The notes below the pieces were generated by a model. That model saw nothing but the letters and a program-made list of their open reading frames with translations. It was not told where the DNA came from and made no database searches. Source: Vicugna vicugna (lineage: Eukaryota). From it: a DNA stretch of 64,000 nucleotides. Shown piece after piece: positions 30,168-43,325 of this stretch (its first letter is position 1; each line of letters starts with the position of its first letter). A program made the translations under genes and the position numbers. The stretch is from positions 2,480,001-2,544,000 of the forward strand of contig MU058000.1 in the NCBI GenBank assembly GCA_013265495.1, in the 5' to 3' direction.

Positions 30168-31335
30168 CATATGCCATTCCAGAGGAGATGACTGAGAAGC
30201 TGGGGCACAACACATTGCTTTTGACAACCTTATGATGTGAGTTGTAGAAAGAGTAGCATCCAGGGTCCTGGATTTGGAGTTCTTGGTAAACTTTCCATGA
30301 ATTGGATTAGGATTCCAAAGGATTATACCCTAAGAGTTAGGGATTTCAGAACATTATATCCTGAGAGTAACAGTAAACCAGGAATATGTAGAATTATAAA
30401 GGCTGAAGATAGTGTTGAATTTTTTCAAAAAATGGAATTACTAACACTTCTCACGCTTTCAAATGATTTTCTTCATCAGATAAAAACATAATAACCAAGA
30501 GGAGAAGAAGAAAAGATAGAATACCAAAAAAAAAAAATGGAAAGGCATAAATTACACACAATAGAAAAGACATTAAACAGGTACATTTATTAAGGAAGGA
30601 GATTTAAAAAATTAAGAATCTCAGTCAAGAATTGGAATCTATAAAAACAATAGAAGCATTAGGTCTGAAATGTAGAGTAAATTAAGTAAGTAAATGGATG
30701 GCTTATGCTTAAAATATGTATGACACAGCCAGAGATAGACGGTGATCTAGAAGAAAAGTCATACAAACACCCATAATGAATCATGAAGAGATAAACGTGG
30801 AAAAGATAGACAAGTGAGTAAAAGACATAAGTGATTCAGAGACAGAAAGTCTAACATATACATAACAGCCCTAGTGGATATTAACTGTATAATATTCTTC
30901 TATCTCCTTGTACTTAATAAAGGTAACTATTTAATGTTTTTTTCTATTTTGTGTAATTTATCCCCTTTCCCCTTTTTGATAATTGATATTAATTTCTCCT
31001 CCTCTTGGTTATTATATTTTTATTTGATGAAGTAAATCATTTTAAAGTCTGAAGTGTTAGTCATTTCATTTTTTGAAAAAAATTCAAAGCTAGTCCTCAG
31101 TCCTTGCAATTTTATATATTTCTGGTTTACTCTTACCCTCTGAGTATAATCTTCTGGAGTCCTAACTCCTAGGGTGTAATTCTTTGGAATCCTAATCCAA
31201 TTCATAGAAAGTTTACCAGAGCCTCCAAATTTAGCACCCTGGATTCTAATCTTTGTACAAGTAGCACCACAAGGTTTTCAAAAGCAATGTGCATTTTCTC
31301 AGCTTCTCGGTCGTCTCTTCTGGAAATGGCAGATG
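30168..31335. repeat. Long imperfect inverted repeat: arms ~30168-30603 and ~30902-31335, spacer ~300 bp
   Basis: Arms align end to end as reverse complements (roughly 80% by eye; longest exact block atgaattggattaggattccaaag, 24 bp). Mirrored in the ORF track as MNWIRIPKDYTLRVR (+) and MNWIRIPKNYTLGVR (-). Confidence 0.95.
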
Positions 31336-34300
31336 AGCTTCGGGAAAAAACCAGTCTCCAATGCTGGCCTCAACTTTTCATGTTTTCTTTACATGGATCT
31401 AGCAATTACTCATAAATTGTAATTCATCTTTGGCTTACTAGCTCTGTGATATCTTCATATCATGTTAAAATGCTTTTTCCTCTCAATGCAGAAGTGTTTT
31501 TTATTTTCCTTACTTTTGCATCTCCTAGATCTAGCACAATTAAAATAACTTAACATTTCTTGCATGTTTAATATGGCATAAACAGTATTCTAATATTTAT
31601 AGGAAAACCATTATGAGATACTTACTATAATCTCTATTTTTTTCGACATAGAACCTGAGGCTTGAACAGTTTAAGTGACTTGCTCACAATTTCATAACTA
31701 GCAAGTGGCAATATCAAAATCTGAACCTGATACTATGACACTAGAAATGAAATCTTAACCACTGCAATACAAATTAAAAGCATAGAGGTTTGCAACAGTA
31801 TCTCTTGAATAAACTAATTTAAAATTTAATTTCATGCTTTTATTCTTCCCAGTTTGAATTGTTTTCTAAACTCTGTTTTTACATTGTGAGATGACTATAC
31901 AAAGTAAGTTATATCAGATTCTTGCAAATCTTTGGCATTTTATCTTGAATATGAGTCAAAATTATGTGGGTTTTTATTGTTGGAGCAGGAATTTAGGAAT
32001 GCTCATTAATCCATATGCACAACTTCCAAGTTCTTTTTGGATTGAAACATTGAGAACATTTGTTTTCTTATCTTTTTGTACATTGCATTAAAACCGAATT
32101 ATAGCCCTCCAAAATCTCATTTAATTAAGGCTTTCTGTTAGTTGGGTTCTGGTTTTATAGAACTGTTGTGATTATCTGTTTCTCATTTTCAGAGTCTTTG
32201 TTTTTGCACAACCATAAGATAATAATGCTTAGGGCAGCATTTTGTTCCTTAGAATACTTGAATGTCTAATGCCTTATAATCTCTATTGTTGTTGCCAATT
32301 AATGTCTACTGAGTTTCCATGGGTTATATTTGACTATACTAAATGTTTTCTTGGCTTGGAGGTGATTCTGTTGCATTTAACATTGTATATGTAATCAACA
32401 CAAAGGAAAATAATGTATGTAGATAGGATGAATGTTGGGCATAAAAAAGTATTTGTTTCATTGCACTAACACACATACAAACGCATCAAAGAAACACTAT
32501 ACCTCTATCACAAATACATTTTTTTGGTCTTTATGGGTAATTCTATGCTTATATAATATCATCAATACATTTATTTTGCTTCTGTTCTATATTTTGGCTT
32601 TATACATTTTCTATGTAAATTTGATCAAAACAATTATTATGGAAATATTATAATGTTTCATTACAGCATATTATGTTACTATATATTAGAGAACTCATTA
32701 TTTTTATAGTGGCAATAAAATCCATTGTATAAATATACAGATAACTTGACTATCTCCTTTATTAAAAGATATATCAATCATTTCTAAATTTTATAATTAT
32801 AAATAATATATAAAGTTTAATTCCATGTATTTAAGATTATATACCTAGGGTAAGTTCTAAAATACATAATTACTGAATCAACAGGTTAATAAAATTGTTT
32901 TGATGGATATTGATAATAAATTTACTTCCTAAAATTTGCTTATCAATTTGCAAATCAAAAGACATAATGGTTTTAGTGTCTTCTTCTTATCCTTGGGTAT
33001 TCACACTTCAGCATTTTTTTCTTGTTTATTTATTAGCATCTAAAAACATTTTTTGATATTAGGAAACTAATAATAGCCATTTATAAGAGCAAGATTATTT
33101 GTAAAAATATGTAGGATGATTATGTTTTGCCACGGAATAGGATTAGAACACCAAATTGGAAATTGCAGGAATGAATTCTCTCTAGTAGTTTAATGAATTC
33201 ATCCAGCATGAAAGTAAAAATATGCCATTACATTTCACAGTCTTTCATTCACAGAGATGTGAAAGACTATTAGCATTAGAAATTAAATAAGCAAAATTAT
33301 TTGATCCCAACGAATGACATGGTAGTGAAAGCTGACGATCAATTTAATGTTAATCTTTGAATTTTGGGCCCCATAAAGTTTTATTCTCTGGTATCCCAGG
33401 TGCCTAAAAATTACAATGGATGTCCCCCATTTTCATGGCTTTTGCTTGGTAAAAAACTGTGTATGTCTTGTCCTGATTCACATTGATTCCCTTGTCAGTC
33501 ATACCTCATTCCAAAGAGGACTTAAATCACCCAGCGTTCTTTTTTGAAGTTAAAACTACAAGCAAAGATATGAATCCACTGTGCTCAGGACAAAGGTTTA
33601 AAACAAGAGGTGAAGTTTAACAAGTTCATGCCAGATTTTAACATGTTCCAGAATTTCTCACAAGTCTACCAAAGTGAGAAGTTGCTGTGTGAACTCCTTA
33701 TGGTCCTACTTCTGATTTAGAATATTTTTTCCCCTGACATATACCAGTTTCAGTTGTAAAAAATAATAATAATAAGGTGACTAAGTACTCTTTTTCTTCA
33801 GGTCACAATATTAATGGAAGTGTTTCAGTCGATGTCACCCAGAGCTTTCAGAGCCAGAAACTCTTCTGAATGCTGCTGAGCTTGACTGAATGCAAAAAGC
33901 TATTTTCCCTAAGGGTGGAGGAAGAAAGCTGGGTGATTGGGGGCTGGGAGCAGAAGGTACATTAAAGATTATTCTGACATTAGTTTACTTTGAGCTAATC
34001 AAGTCCAGGTGGCCCCACATTATTGTGTAAGGTCCAAATGTCATAAAAAAAAATGGACTTAGCACTCACTTTGATGCTAATGTATAGAATTGATCCATTC
34101 CATGCTTTTCCTTTGAACCCGTAGCCTCCAGAATAAGTGATCTCCAGTCACCTCAGAAAATAAGCATTACGGAGCTCTGACTCTGTACATGTCACTGACA
34201 CGAAAATATCTGTTAATCAGTATCTGGTGAAATCACGACAAAGTAATTTTTAGCTCTGTGCCCCATTTGCAAAGAGGCCAGATGTCTAGGCTAAAATAAT

Positions 34301-34884
34301 TTTTCTCACACACAAGTTTTTCTCTGAAATACTAAAGATTGGTCTTTTGGATAATATTTAGGAAGTTAAAAAATGTAGGGACAACTGAAATTTGCTTTTC
34401 TATATGGAAGTTTTTGGGATTTACTTTAGTCAAGGAGACATTCCATCATTTCATTTGAAATAGCTCTTAATTGAAGTCATGGTTGTCTTTTGGGAACACT
34501 CCTTGATAACTGCATGAAGTTAAGAATATGAGAATACAACCTGCAAAAGCTCATGAATGACTATTGACATGGAAGATCTTGATATGCCAGGTATGACATT
34601 TATTCCACTTAACAAAAGAAACAAAACAATTAAAATATTATTTATCTGAGCAGTTAGTCCCCACTGAGAATGATTTATGCCTGAAAATGCTTCAGAGATG
34701 TAAAAGAGTAAAGAATAAGAAGGGAGTGTTAATAGGGGGTGGAGACACATGCTAGAGAACATTGTCTGCGTTAAGTCTTTGGTAAATGTGTCATTGAGTT
34801 GCTCACCTTGGGTCCTATCCGGGATAAAGTCTCAATGTCTCTTCAAAATAAGGTAGACACAGTTTAAGGTACTGTCTATTTAAG

Positions 34885-34943
34885 GAACTGAACTATTTAA
34901 TTAAATAGATTTTAAAGAACTGAACTATTTAATTAAATAGATT
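34885..34943. repeat. Two-copy tandem duplication, period 32 bp, each copy containing a 16-bp palindrome
   Basis: gaactgaactatttaattaaatagatt at 34885-34911 and 34917-34943; ctatttaattaaatag is self-complementary. Confidence 0.9.
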
Positions 34944-37392
34944 AAAAACCTTCCCTAGAATCGAAGTTGAGGTAATCTTTCTTCCACTACATTACTTCCT
35001 GAAGTTAGAAAAGATGAAATAGAAAGGACAGAAAACAGGTGGAGAGGGATCACTCTGGTGTCAACCACCAGAATTTGAATTTTGCCTCCACTAATTTTTA
35101 GCTGTGTTGCTGTGGTTCTGCTATTTTGCCTCTCGAGGCTCCGTTTTCTCATCTAGAAAAAAGGAATGGTAATTTTTTCCTGTCTCATAGTAAGTTCACA
35201 AGTAGATAACCGTTATTAGCCAAGAGAATATGAATTAACTGAATATGTCGAGACAAAGGGAGCCCTCAAGTTACAAATAATAAAGTTTTGGTTGAGGAGA
35301 AATATGCTCTTGTTTTTGCTCCAAGAGCAAAGAGCTTCATTCATTTACCCAGTGGCTCTAATGTCTTTCAGAAATAATCTGGAGGCATTTCTCAAAATTT
35401 AATATTTTTGAAGTGAAATGTGTACATTTTCATATTAAGTAGGTAAAGACCACACATAAGCTCACAGCAGCTCAAATCAGATTTAACCCTAAAATGAATT
35501 TGTTCCAAATTATGTAAATTATGGCTTTTAAAAGTTTGTGGATTTCCACATTTCAGGTAAGGGATTACAGATATGAGTCCTATTGGGAAAAACATGGAGT
35601 GAGAAGAGCCAAACCCTGCTCAGAGAAACACTTTGATTATTACCAAATGAACTAATCCATGTGCAATTAATTTATAGCTAAAATGTGTGTATTACTTTGT
35701 TTAAATCTTTGTGATGGGCTAATGAAGTCTTGAGCAAATTCACAATCACAGTCTGCATTGCTTGGGCAATGATCTCTCTAAGGCAACAAACTTTAAATAA
35801 GCAGAGTTAGTTTGCTGAGGTTTTGTTGGAGCTTAATTTAAGCAACTCTTCCATCGTCTCCCTTTCCATATCAGTTGGAGAGAATTGTCACAAAAAATGT
35901 TACTGGCCACTTTCAAGAGTCATCATGGTAAATGATTCTTTCTTTGGGAAGAAATAAACACTTTTTCCTGGTGATGAGCAGCGAAGAGACTAATGACTAA
36001 GTCCTAACTAATTCCTGGTCATTAAATCTTAAATTTAAGTGACGATAAAATCAAAATCTTTTGAGAGTGGAAAAATACGGCAGTGGCAAGTTAAGTATGG
36101 TGTATATTGACAAATACATCATTTGCTCTGTATCATAAAACTTTTAGGCATTAAGTAGCCTATAAGACTGACAAAATCTACTTTGTAGAGATTTATTTAA
36201 TGGAGTGATGAAACTGTGGAAGTCAAACTTTATCTTCAAATATTTTGCAAGGGAAATTTGTCTCTCCCAAAATCTCTTGGTATTGATTTTAAAATAAAAT
36301 CACACATTGGAGAAAGCAAGTATAAAGATAACCTATAAATATCCCTTAGTTACATCAAAATCAATGAAAAATAAAATAAATGCTTATTATATTTGAAATA
36401 TTTACAGTTACAATTTTCCTTTCTTTACTGATTTAGCCTGAAATTAATTTTGGCTCGTGTCAAAGATGAGCTATTTATTCTTGCATAGGTCTCATGAATT
36501 CCTACCTTTTCCCTTCACCATTCTCTGACTCACTCTGTTTTCTCTCCTACAACACTCTTCTTGCCCGTTACATGTTAGGAAAGTCCTCCTTTCCGTTGAA
36601 GTTTATCTCTATTCCCTAAAGTGTCCTTTGACCTTTCCTCCAGTCTCTTTTGCAAACCCTTGGAATTAATTTTAGCTCAGTAGTTCTTCACTGCAGATGG
36701 TGTATGTACAGCCTGTGTTTAAGAAATACTTTGTGTTATACCTTTTGATATTTATTTGCATGTGTCTGCATTTCTCCATAGACTGGATCAATTTTATCAT
36801 TGTATCATAATAGCACATCACATAGCAGACAGCTCAGAGGTGCAAATAACTGTTGGTAAATATGTTGCTCAGTTGTTATATTAGACCCATTGCTAGAAAG
36901 TTGTTCGGGTCTTTGTTCATATGAATGAAACCAGAAGTCAACTGAGAAAAATTAAATGCATGGTTGTCAGAATATATATTAAAGAAAGCAAAAAGCCTTC
37001 TGACAATGAAAAAGATGGCTAATTTAACTGTTGGCAATATTGTATTCACAACATGCACTGTGTTGAGTTCCTGTTGTAGAAGTCAGCAAAGGGATGTCAT
37101 GTCAGAAGCAGCCAGTCCAAGTGAGAGAAGGTGAGAGAAGGAGGCCGCTAAGCTGCCACCCACAAAAAGAGGAGTTAACTGGAGGAAAGAGGGTCGTGGT
37201 GTCTGTAAGGGAAGCATCTGTCCTCATACTGCTCAGCCTTCATCTCACGTAACCCACCCAGTTTCTAACTTAAGCAGTGTTACTTTTGTGAACTAGATAG
37301 CTGTGTGCAAATTAGGGTTAGTTATAAAGGCATTAATATATTAATCAATTTGTTTCTCACTCCTCTAATGTAATAATTCTAACCCTAAATCA

Positions 37393-37396
<4 letters not shown>

Positions 37397-37425
<29 letters not shown>
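37397..37425. repeat. (TG)n microsatellite
   Basis: About 14 TG units; shorter TG tracts at ~2693-2710 and ~26751-26772. Confidence 0.9.
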
Positions 37426-37429
<4 letters not shown>

Positions 37430-37434
37430 AGAAT

Positions 37435-37872
37435 GGTATACCTCATTTTATTGTGCTTCACTTTATTGTGCTTTGCAGACATTGTATTTAAAAAAAAAAA
37501 TGAAGGTTTGTGGCAACTCTGAGTCGAGCAAGTCTGTCAGCGCCGTTTCCAACAGCATTTGCTCACTTCAGGTCTCTATGTCACATTCTGCTAATTCTCG
37601 AAATAGTTCAAACTCTGCACCAGCAAAAAGATTATGGCTCACTGAAGGCTTGGATAATGATTAGAAATTTTTAGCAATAAAGTATTTTTTAATTGAGGTA
37701 TGTACATTGGTTTCTGGAGATAATATTATCATTCACTTCCTAGACTACATATAGTGTACAAAAAACTTTTAAATGCACCAGAAACCAAAAATCTGGTGAC
37801 TCATTTTATTGTGATATTTGCTTTATTGAGATAGTTTGGAAATAAAACTGCAGTATCTCTAAGATCTGCCTG
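37435..37872 (+). mobile_element. Tigger1-derived internally deleted element (Tigger1a_Art-like)
   Basis: Tigger1 left end (tatacctcattttattgtgcttcactttattgtgct...gaaggtttgtggcaac) joined to the right end (tgactcattttattgtgatatttgctttattg...tatctctaagatctgcctg), followed by TA. Confidence 0.85.
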
Positions 37873-39593
37873 TATCTATAATATATGTGTTTTTATACAT
37901 GAGAGAGAAGGCTTGAAACATGACTGAAGACATGTAGCTAGACCTAATACAGTAAAGGAACCTGACTGACTAACCTGAAAATTGTTACAATATCTCAATG
38001 GAGAAAAAGCAGAGCCCAGAGAAACTTGAATTCGTCTTATCACAAGGTTATTGGATCCCTTTTCATATGTTTTTTACTCTGAAGAATTTAGAGAATGGAA
38101 TAATAATCGTGTTTACCTCAAGGGGTGGTGTAGAGGATTAAATGTAATAATATCACAGTGTCTGGTGTACAGTAAGTGTCCATAAGGTTATTGCTTTTAT
38201 GGTTACACTAACTGTATAACCCTTTTGTTTTTTTCATTGAGAATATCTTGTTTCAGGACAAAATGAAAAATCAGAATGGATGAAGAAGGAGCCTGATCCT
38301 TCTGAGAGTTGCTTAACCATCATTATGCACATGATGCGGCAGGTGAAACAGGTTATTTCACATTTGAACTCATTCCAGCAGCGGTGACCCTTTCTCAAAC
38401 CCAGATGTTTAAATGACTGCTCAATGGGGATGTTCGGGATTATAAATATGTCCCATCTGCTGCTACCGTCTGCCTGCTCTTGAAATGTATAAAATCACCC
38501 GGTGCACTTGGTATCTGCAGCTGTCCCTGTTCGAATCCACAGGCAAATTAAAAGGTGACCAGGAATCTTTCTTATAGGAAAGACTTTCAACATTTGCCTA
38601 CAGTGAATAAACGAAGGTCAAGGCGATCGCTTTGCTACTGAGTTATTGGATAGAAGAACCATGGGAAATAGTGTATGATTTAATTAAGAGAGCTCTCTAT
38701 CTAGATAATCACAAACAAAAACGAGAGCACATTTAAATTTTCAGCTCTGAAAACCTGAAATGCATGTTTGCAACATTGTACGGAACACAGTCTTTTTCTT
38801 CAAATGGGCTCTTGGCTGCAAATTTAATATTTTAGGAAAATAAAAATCTTGCAGCTTGAATATGTAATACTAAGAGTAGTATTATTACTACTGAAAAGAC
38901 TGTTATTAGTAGCAATGCTGTATTCTGGTTAGGCAGTTCCTCTGCTTTCCATCCCTGTTTTGGGAGAAATTTCCTTTGTACTGTTTCATACTTTGACATC
39001 AGATTTCCGCTTCATTAGACAATATTCTTCAGGACAGCAGGGATTTCACCTTTCTCATCTCTTTTTACACGGCACTCAACAACATAACTGGCACAAAGTA
39101 GGCATTCCAGAAATAGTGTAGAATACGTTAAAAATTAATAAAGATCAATTACATCATCTAAAATGTTTCCAGATATCAGACACTAAACTGCATATCAACA
39201 GGAAAATAACTCCAGATTTTCAGGTATTTTAATTTCCCCTCTAGTTCCTCCTTGAGCACAAGAACTTGTCTGGTATATATAACACATAGACCCATGGACT
39301 GAAATACCAAAGAAGACAGTGGGGAAGTAGCCTTCATGGAGAGTAGACTGAAAGCCTGAATTTGTGTTAAGTATTCTTTTAATTTAAGGATATTAAAGGC
39401 TTCTATCAGAATCAAGAAGAAATCACCATAGATTGATAGAGAGATGATAATAGATCCATTCAATGTTAATGTCTGAGCTCCCTTTAACAGGAGACAGGAC
39501 GCGGACTCAGACAACACGAACCTTAATATTATTCTGTCTGCTCTAAGCTTGATCTTGAGCAAGCTGCTCAGACTCAATAAATACACACATTCT

Positions 39594-39681
39594 TCCCATC
39601 CAAGTACTAACCAGGCCCTACCCTGCTTAGCTTCTGAGATCAGACGAGATCGGGCATGTTCAGGGTGGTATGGCCATAGAC
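39594..39681 (-). pseudogene. 5S rRNA retropseudogene, 3'-truncated (first ~88 nt), tailless, with 15-bp TSD
   Basis: Minus strand gtctatggccataccaccctgaacatgcccgatctcgtctgatctcagaagctaagcagggtagggcctggttagtacttggatggga matches the 5S rRNA 5' part. Flanks are aatacacacattctt (39580-39594) and aatacacatattctt (39682-39696). Confidence 0.97.
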
Positions 39682-40167
39682 AATACACATATTCTTACAT
39701 GTTCATTAAAATAGGTTCTGGCACTTGATTTTTATTAGCATCAAATGACACATTATGTGAAAGCAATCTGAAAGCTGTGAAGGAGTATCCCAGTACTGGC
39801 AGGTCAGTACTCTCCATTGTTAGTCTTGGGAAAAGATTTCTGATGACCCAATTTTCAGGAAGGTTAGAACAGTTTGATAGAAAAAATTAATAAAAAGTCA
39901 AAGTGTTAGGTTTTGACTAGAGTAAAGAGTTGGAGTAATCTAATGTATGAAGTCACGATTGGAAGGGAAATTAAGCGACTGCATTACTCTGTAACTTTGT
40001 ATCTTGTTTGTAAACATAGGGACAGTAACAACTAATATGTCTCTAATATTAATATTTCCCTTATCAGTTCAATTAGTCTATTTAACTAAAAGATAAGTTC
40101 TTATTTTTTTAAATATAATTATGCAACAGTACTGTCCATTCTTTCTCCATCAATATTAGATATTTGC

Positions 40168-40350
40168 AATATTTTTCAAACTTAAACATGCATAAGAGTC
40201 ATCTGGAGAGATGATTTCGACATGAATTCCTGGGCCCCCTTTCTAGACATTCTGATTCAGTGGGGCTGGGATGGGGCCAGAGTTTTCTTTTTTCTAACAA
40301 GCTCCTACATGATGCTGACAATGCTGGCACAGTAGAGCACAGCACCACAG
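40168..40350. mobile_element. MER5A-like hAT-Charlie MITE
   Basis: gcataagagtcatctggagag...ttcctgggcccc...attctgattcagtggggctgggatggggcc...ttctaacaagctcctacatgatgctga. Confidence 0.8.
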
Positions 40351-40517
40351 AGCAATAGTGGACAAGAACCATTATAAGTGATTCCCTCCCTAATTAACAG
40401 CAAAAAAGATATTTCAAAAGAGGATGGTCATGTCTTTAATAAGATTTTGAAATTTTTGAGGACATTTATTATTTTTTTTAGCATGGATATAGGCAAAAAT
40501 ATATTTTAGAATGCATG

Positions 40518-40940
40518 ATGTATAAGTCGGGTTTCTTAGGAATCAAACCCTGTGGAAGATATTTGCATAAAGACATTAATGGAGTGTATTCTTATGAGTA
40601 TTTTAAGGGAACAAGAAAAATAGTACTGGTCAGAGCAAGAATACTGAACTGCAATGAAGTTGCTACAAAAGACACAGCCAGTTTTGTCGGGAGCTCTTCA
40701 ACTGCTATAGTTCCTCAAATTTTTCCCATTCAAGGTAAGAGGGTCAGGACTTTTAAACCCCACAACAATCAGTAATTTGATGTGGGTCTCCTCGGAGAAG
40801 GGAGTAGCACTGGGTGAATGGGGTATCTTCAGGGAGGGCACAGAGGACTTCCTGGAGAGGGATTAACCTCTGGGCTCTCCCGAATAACACTTGGAGTGCC
40901 TTACACTGAAGGAGGGAACGGAGAGCGCATGACCCAATTC
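40518..40940 (-). mobile_element. Old MLT1-family MaLR solo LTR
   Basis: tgtataagtcgggtttcttaggaatcaaaccctg...gatatttgcataaagacattaatgg resembles a reversed MLT1 terminus. Confidence 0.55.
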
Positions 40941-41514
40941 GCCAAAAATTGTCTATTTGATATTTTGAATTAGTTCCGTTTCTCTAGGATCCAGGTGTAG
41001 AAGCTTGTAATTCAGTTGTAGATTACATGGATAAAAACATGTAATACTTCCAATCTGAAGCATCTAAAATTTGGAGTCAGCAGAAGTTAACCTGAACCTC
41101 ATAAAAGCGTGTACCCCTACATCTTGCAATATTTTGTTGTTTTCTGCTTTTGAATGAACTGGAAACTGTGTATCAGCACTTTAGTTTTAAAACTGTCATT
41201 GTAAAGATTGTGAAAGGAAAAATGGTGAGGATAGTGTTCCTCGAACTATTTCCCCTTTTCATAAAAGCAATATAGCAATTGCTTTGCCCTGAATTATAAC
41301 GTTTGCCCTAACCCACCTCACTAACCCAACAAATATGTGAGTTAAATATGATTCAAATAGAATGGTTTAGACAATCAATTTGGGCAAAATAATTAGGCTT
41401 GTCAAATTATTTTATTCAAATTTACTAAATTACTTTTATTGATGTGAGAAGGAACAATATGTATTATCTCACCCTATTCTTTTATTTTATAGATTAATAA
41501 ACTGAAGTCTAGGG

Positions 41515-42240
41515 ATTAATTGTCATTCAGTCTTTTAAGTAATATTTTTTGAGCCTCTGCAACATACAGGCACTTGACTAAATGCAAAAGATAAGGGAAT
41601 TAAAAAAAAGACTTCATCCTCTGTTCAGGCAGCTTAAAGTTTTGAGGGGAGTCTGATAAAAAAGAAAACAAACTAAATGAAGAAAGAAAATAATTAAAAC
41701 TCATGATATAATACAGTTAATAATCACATTATAATAAGAAGGACAAAAACAGGGCTCCATTTGAGCGGGAGTCAAGGAGGTGACTTTTAAACCTGTAAAA
41801 GAGCGAGGAAACCCGCCTATCCACAGCAAGGGAAGCATTTCAGCCAGTGAGGGGCTAGACATTTTCAACAAACTGAGGACAGTGCATCGAATTGGAAGGT
41901 ATTTTAACATAATAAAGTGGTTAAAGTTTGGGGTTTGGATTTATTTTCACTTTAATTGTGATGAGAAGTCATTCAAGATGCTGTAACTTGGAGGTGGGCT
42001 GGGAAAAAATGACCTGCCCCAGTGAAGGTAAAACTTTCTGGAAGTTGGGTAACCAGAAGGTTGTTACAAATGTAGAATAGGTGTTGAGTGTTAGTGGCAA
42101 GGATTAATTTAGGGACGACCAGATGAGCAGTTGCCCAGGCAAGGAATGATGGCTCAGTTTATGATGATCATAGTCAAAACACTGTAATAGGACATTCTCT
42201 AAGGAATCCAGAACGTTTTGAGACAGGACCTAGAGAAAAG

Positions 42241-42285
<45 letters not shown>

Positions 42286-43325
42286 AAAAGAATGAAAGAT
42301 TAGGTTAAAAAGAAAGAATAGGTTTGTGAGGGTGACATTTAGACATCAAGAGTTTGGCTTGAATACCCCACAAATTTGGAATGTAGTTCATCCAAGTGAA
42401 GCCCAGAAAGAGGCACATTGGTACAAAATCTAATTCGTCAAGTGAAGATACAATATCTTATACTCATCACATTGAAAACTTGACCTTAGCAAAGAACTCT
42501 TAGCTAACCAAGATTAAGAACTTTATTGAAGTATCACTGACAAATACAAATTGTATATATTTAATTGTATATATTTAAGGTGTACAATGTGATGCTTTGA
42601 CATATATATATACATTGTGAAGTAATTACCACAATCCAGCTAATAGCTTATTGTCTTGATTTTCACTCTATTTATCTGGCTATTCGTAGTCTGTATTCTT
42701 TGCTCAGGACCACTATTAGGCCTTAAAATATTTTAGTTTCACAGGTGCTATTTTCTGCTTATCCTATCTTTTTTTTTCCCCTACAATCTCAAGGCTTCAT
42801 TTATTCTCTGTGGCTGATCATTTATAAGTTTATTTCGCTACTCCAAATAGTTTATCTGAGTTTACAATGCATATGTCCAATTGCTTACTTGCCAGACTTT
42901 CTTACATCTTTCAGATAAATATCAAGCTTACATCCAAAACCAAAGTTCATGATCTTCACTTCAAATCTGTGAATGATACCCCATAAAGAAGTTCAGTGTA
43001 ATGTTCTTTTAAGATCCCTCTCTCTGTGAATGTCTCCAGCTGTGTATGCAGTCAAGAGCTTAAACCTTGACCTTTTTCTCCAACATCCAATTAGTCATTG
43101 AGTTCTGCTTCTGTATCACATACTTCCATAGCCCTCTATACTTATTTTATATAAACTTAAAATATTATATAACTAATTGTTTATTTCATGATGATATAAT
43201 CGTTATGAAACTCCCGCAGAAGGCTGAATTTTCCATGAAATCATAGACTGAATTTGGCTTGCTCACTGTTTTAGCCCCAGAGTATGCAATGCAGATGCTG
43301 AATACATACTTTTCAATGTATTAAC
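41515..43325. mobile_element. Degraded L2 fragments in both orientations, with a 41-nt poly(A) (42243-42283) and a short L1MA 3' piece in between
   Basis: L2-like aatattttttgagcctctgcaacatacaggcact (minus), catatgtccaattgcttacttg and gcttgctcactgttttagccccagag (plus). Confidence 0.55.

Noticed and set aside
39176..39688. Longest ORF in the track (170 aa, minus)
   Set aside because: Its start reads through the 5S pseudogene and TSD into AT-rich flank; no protein-like signal.
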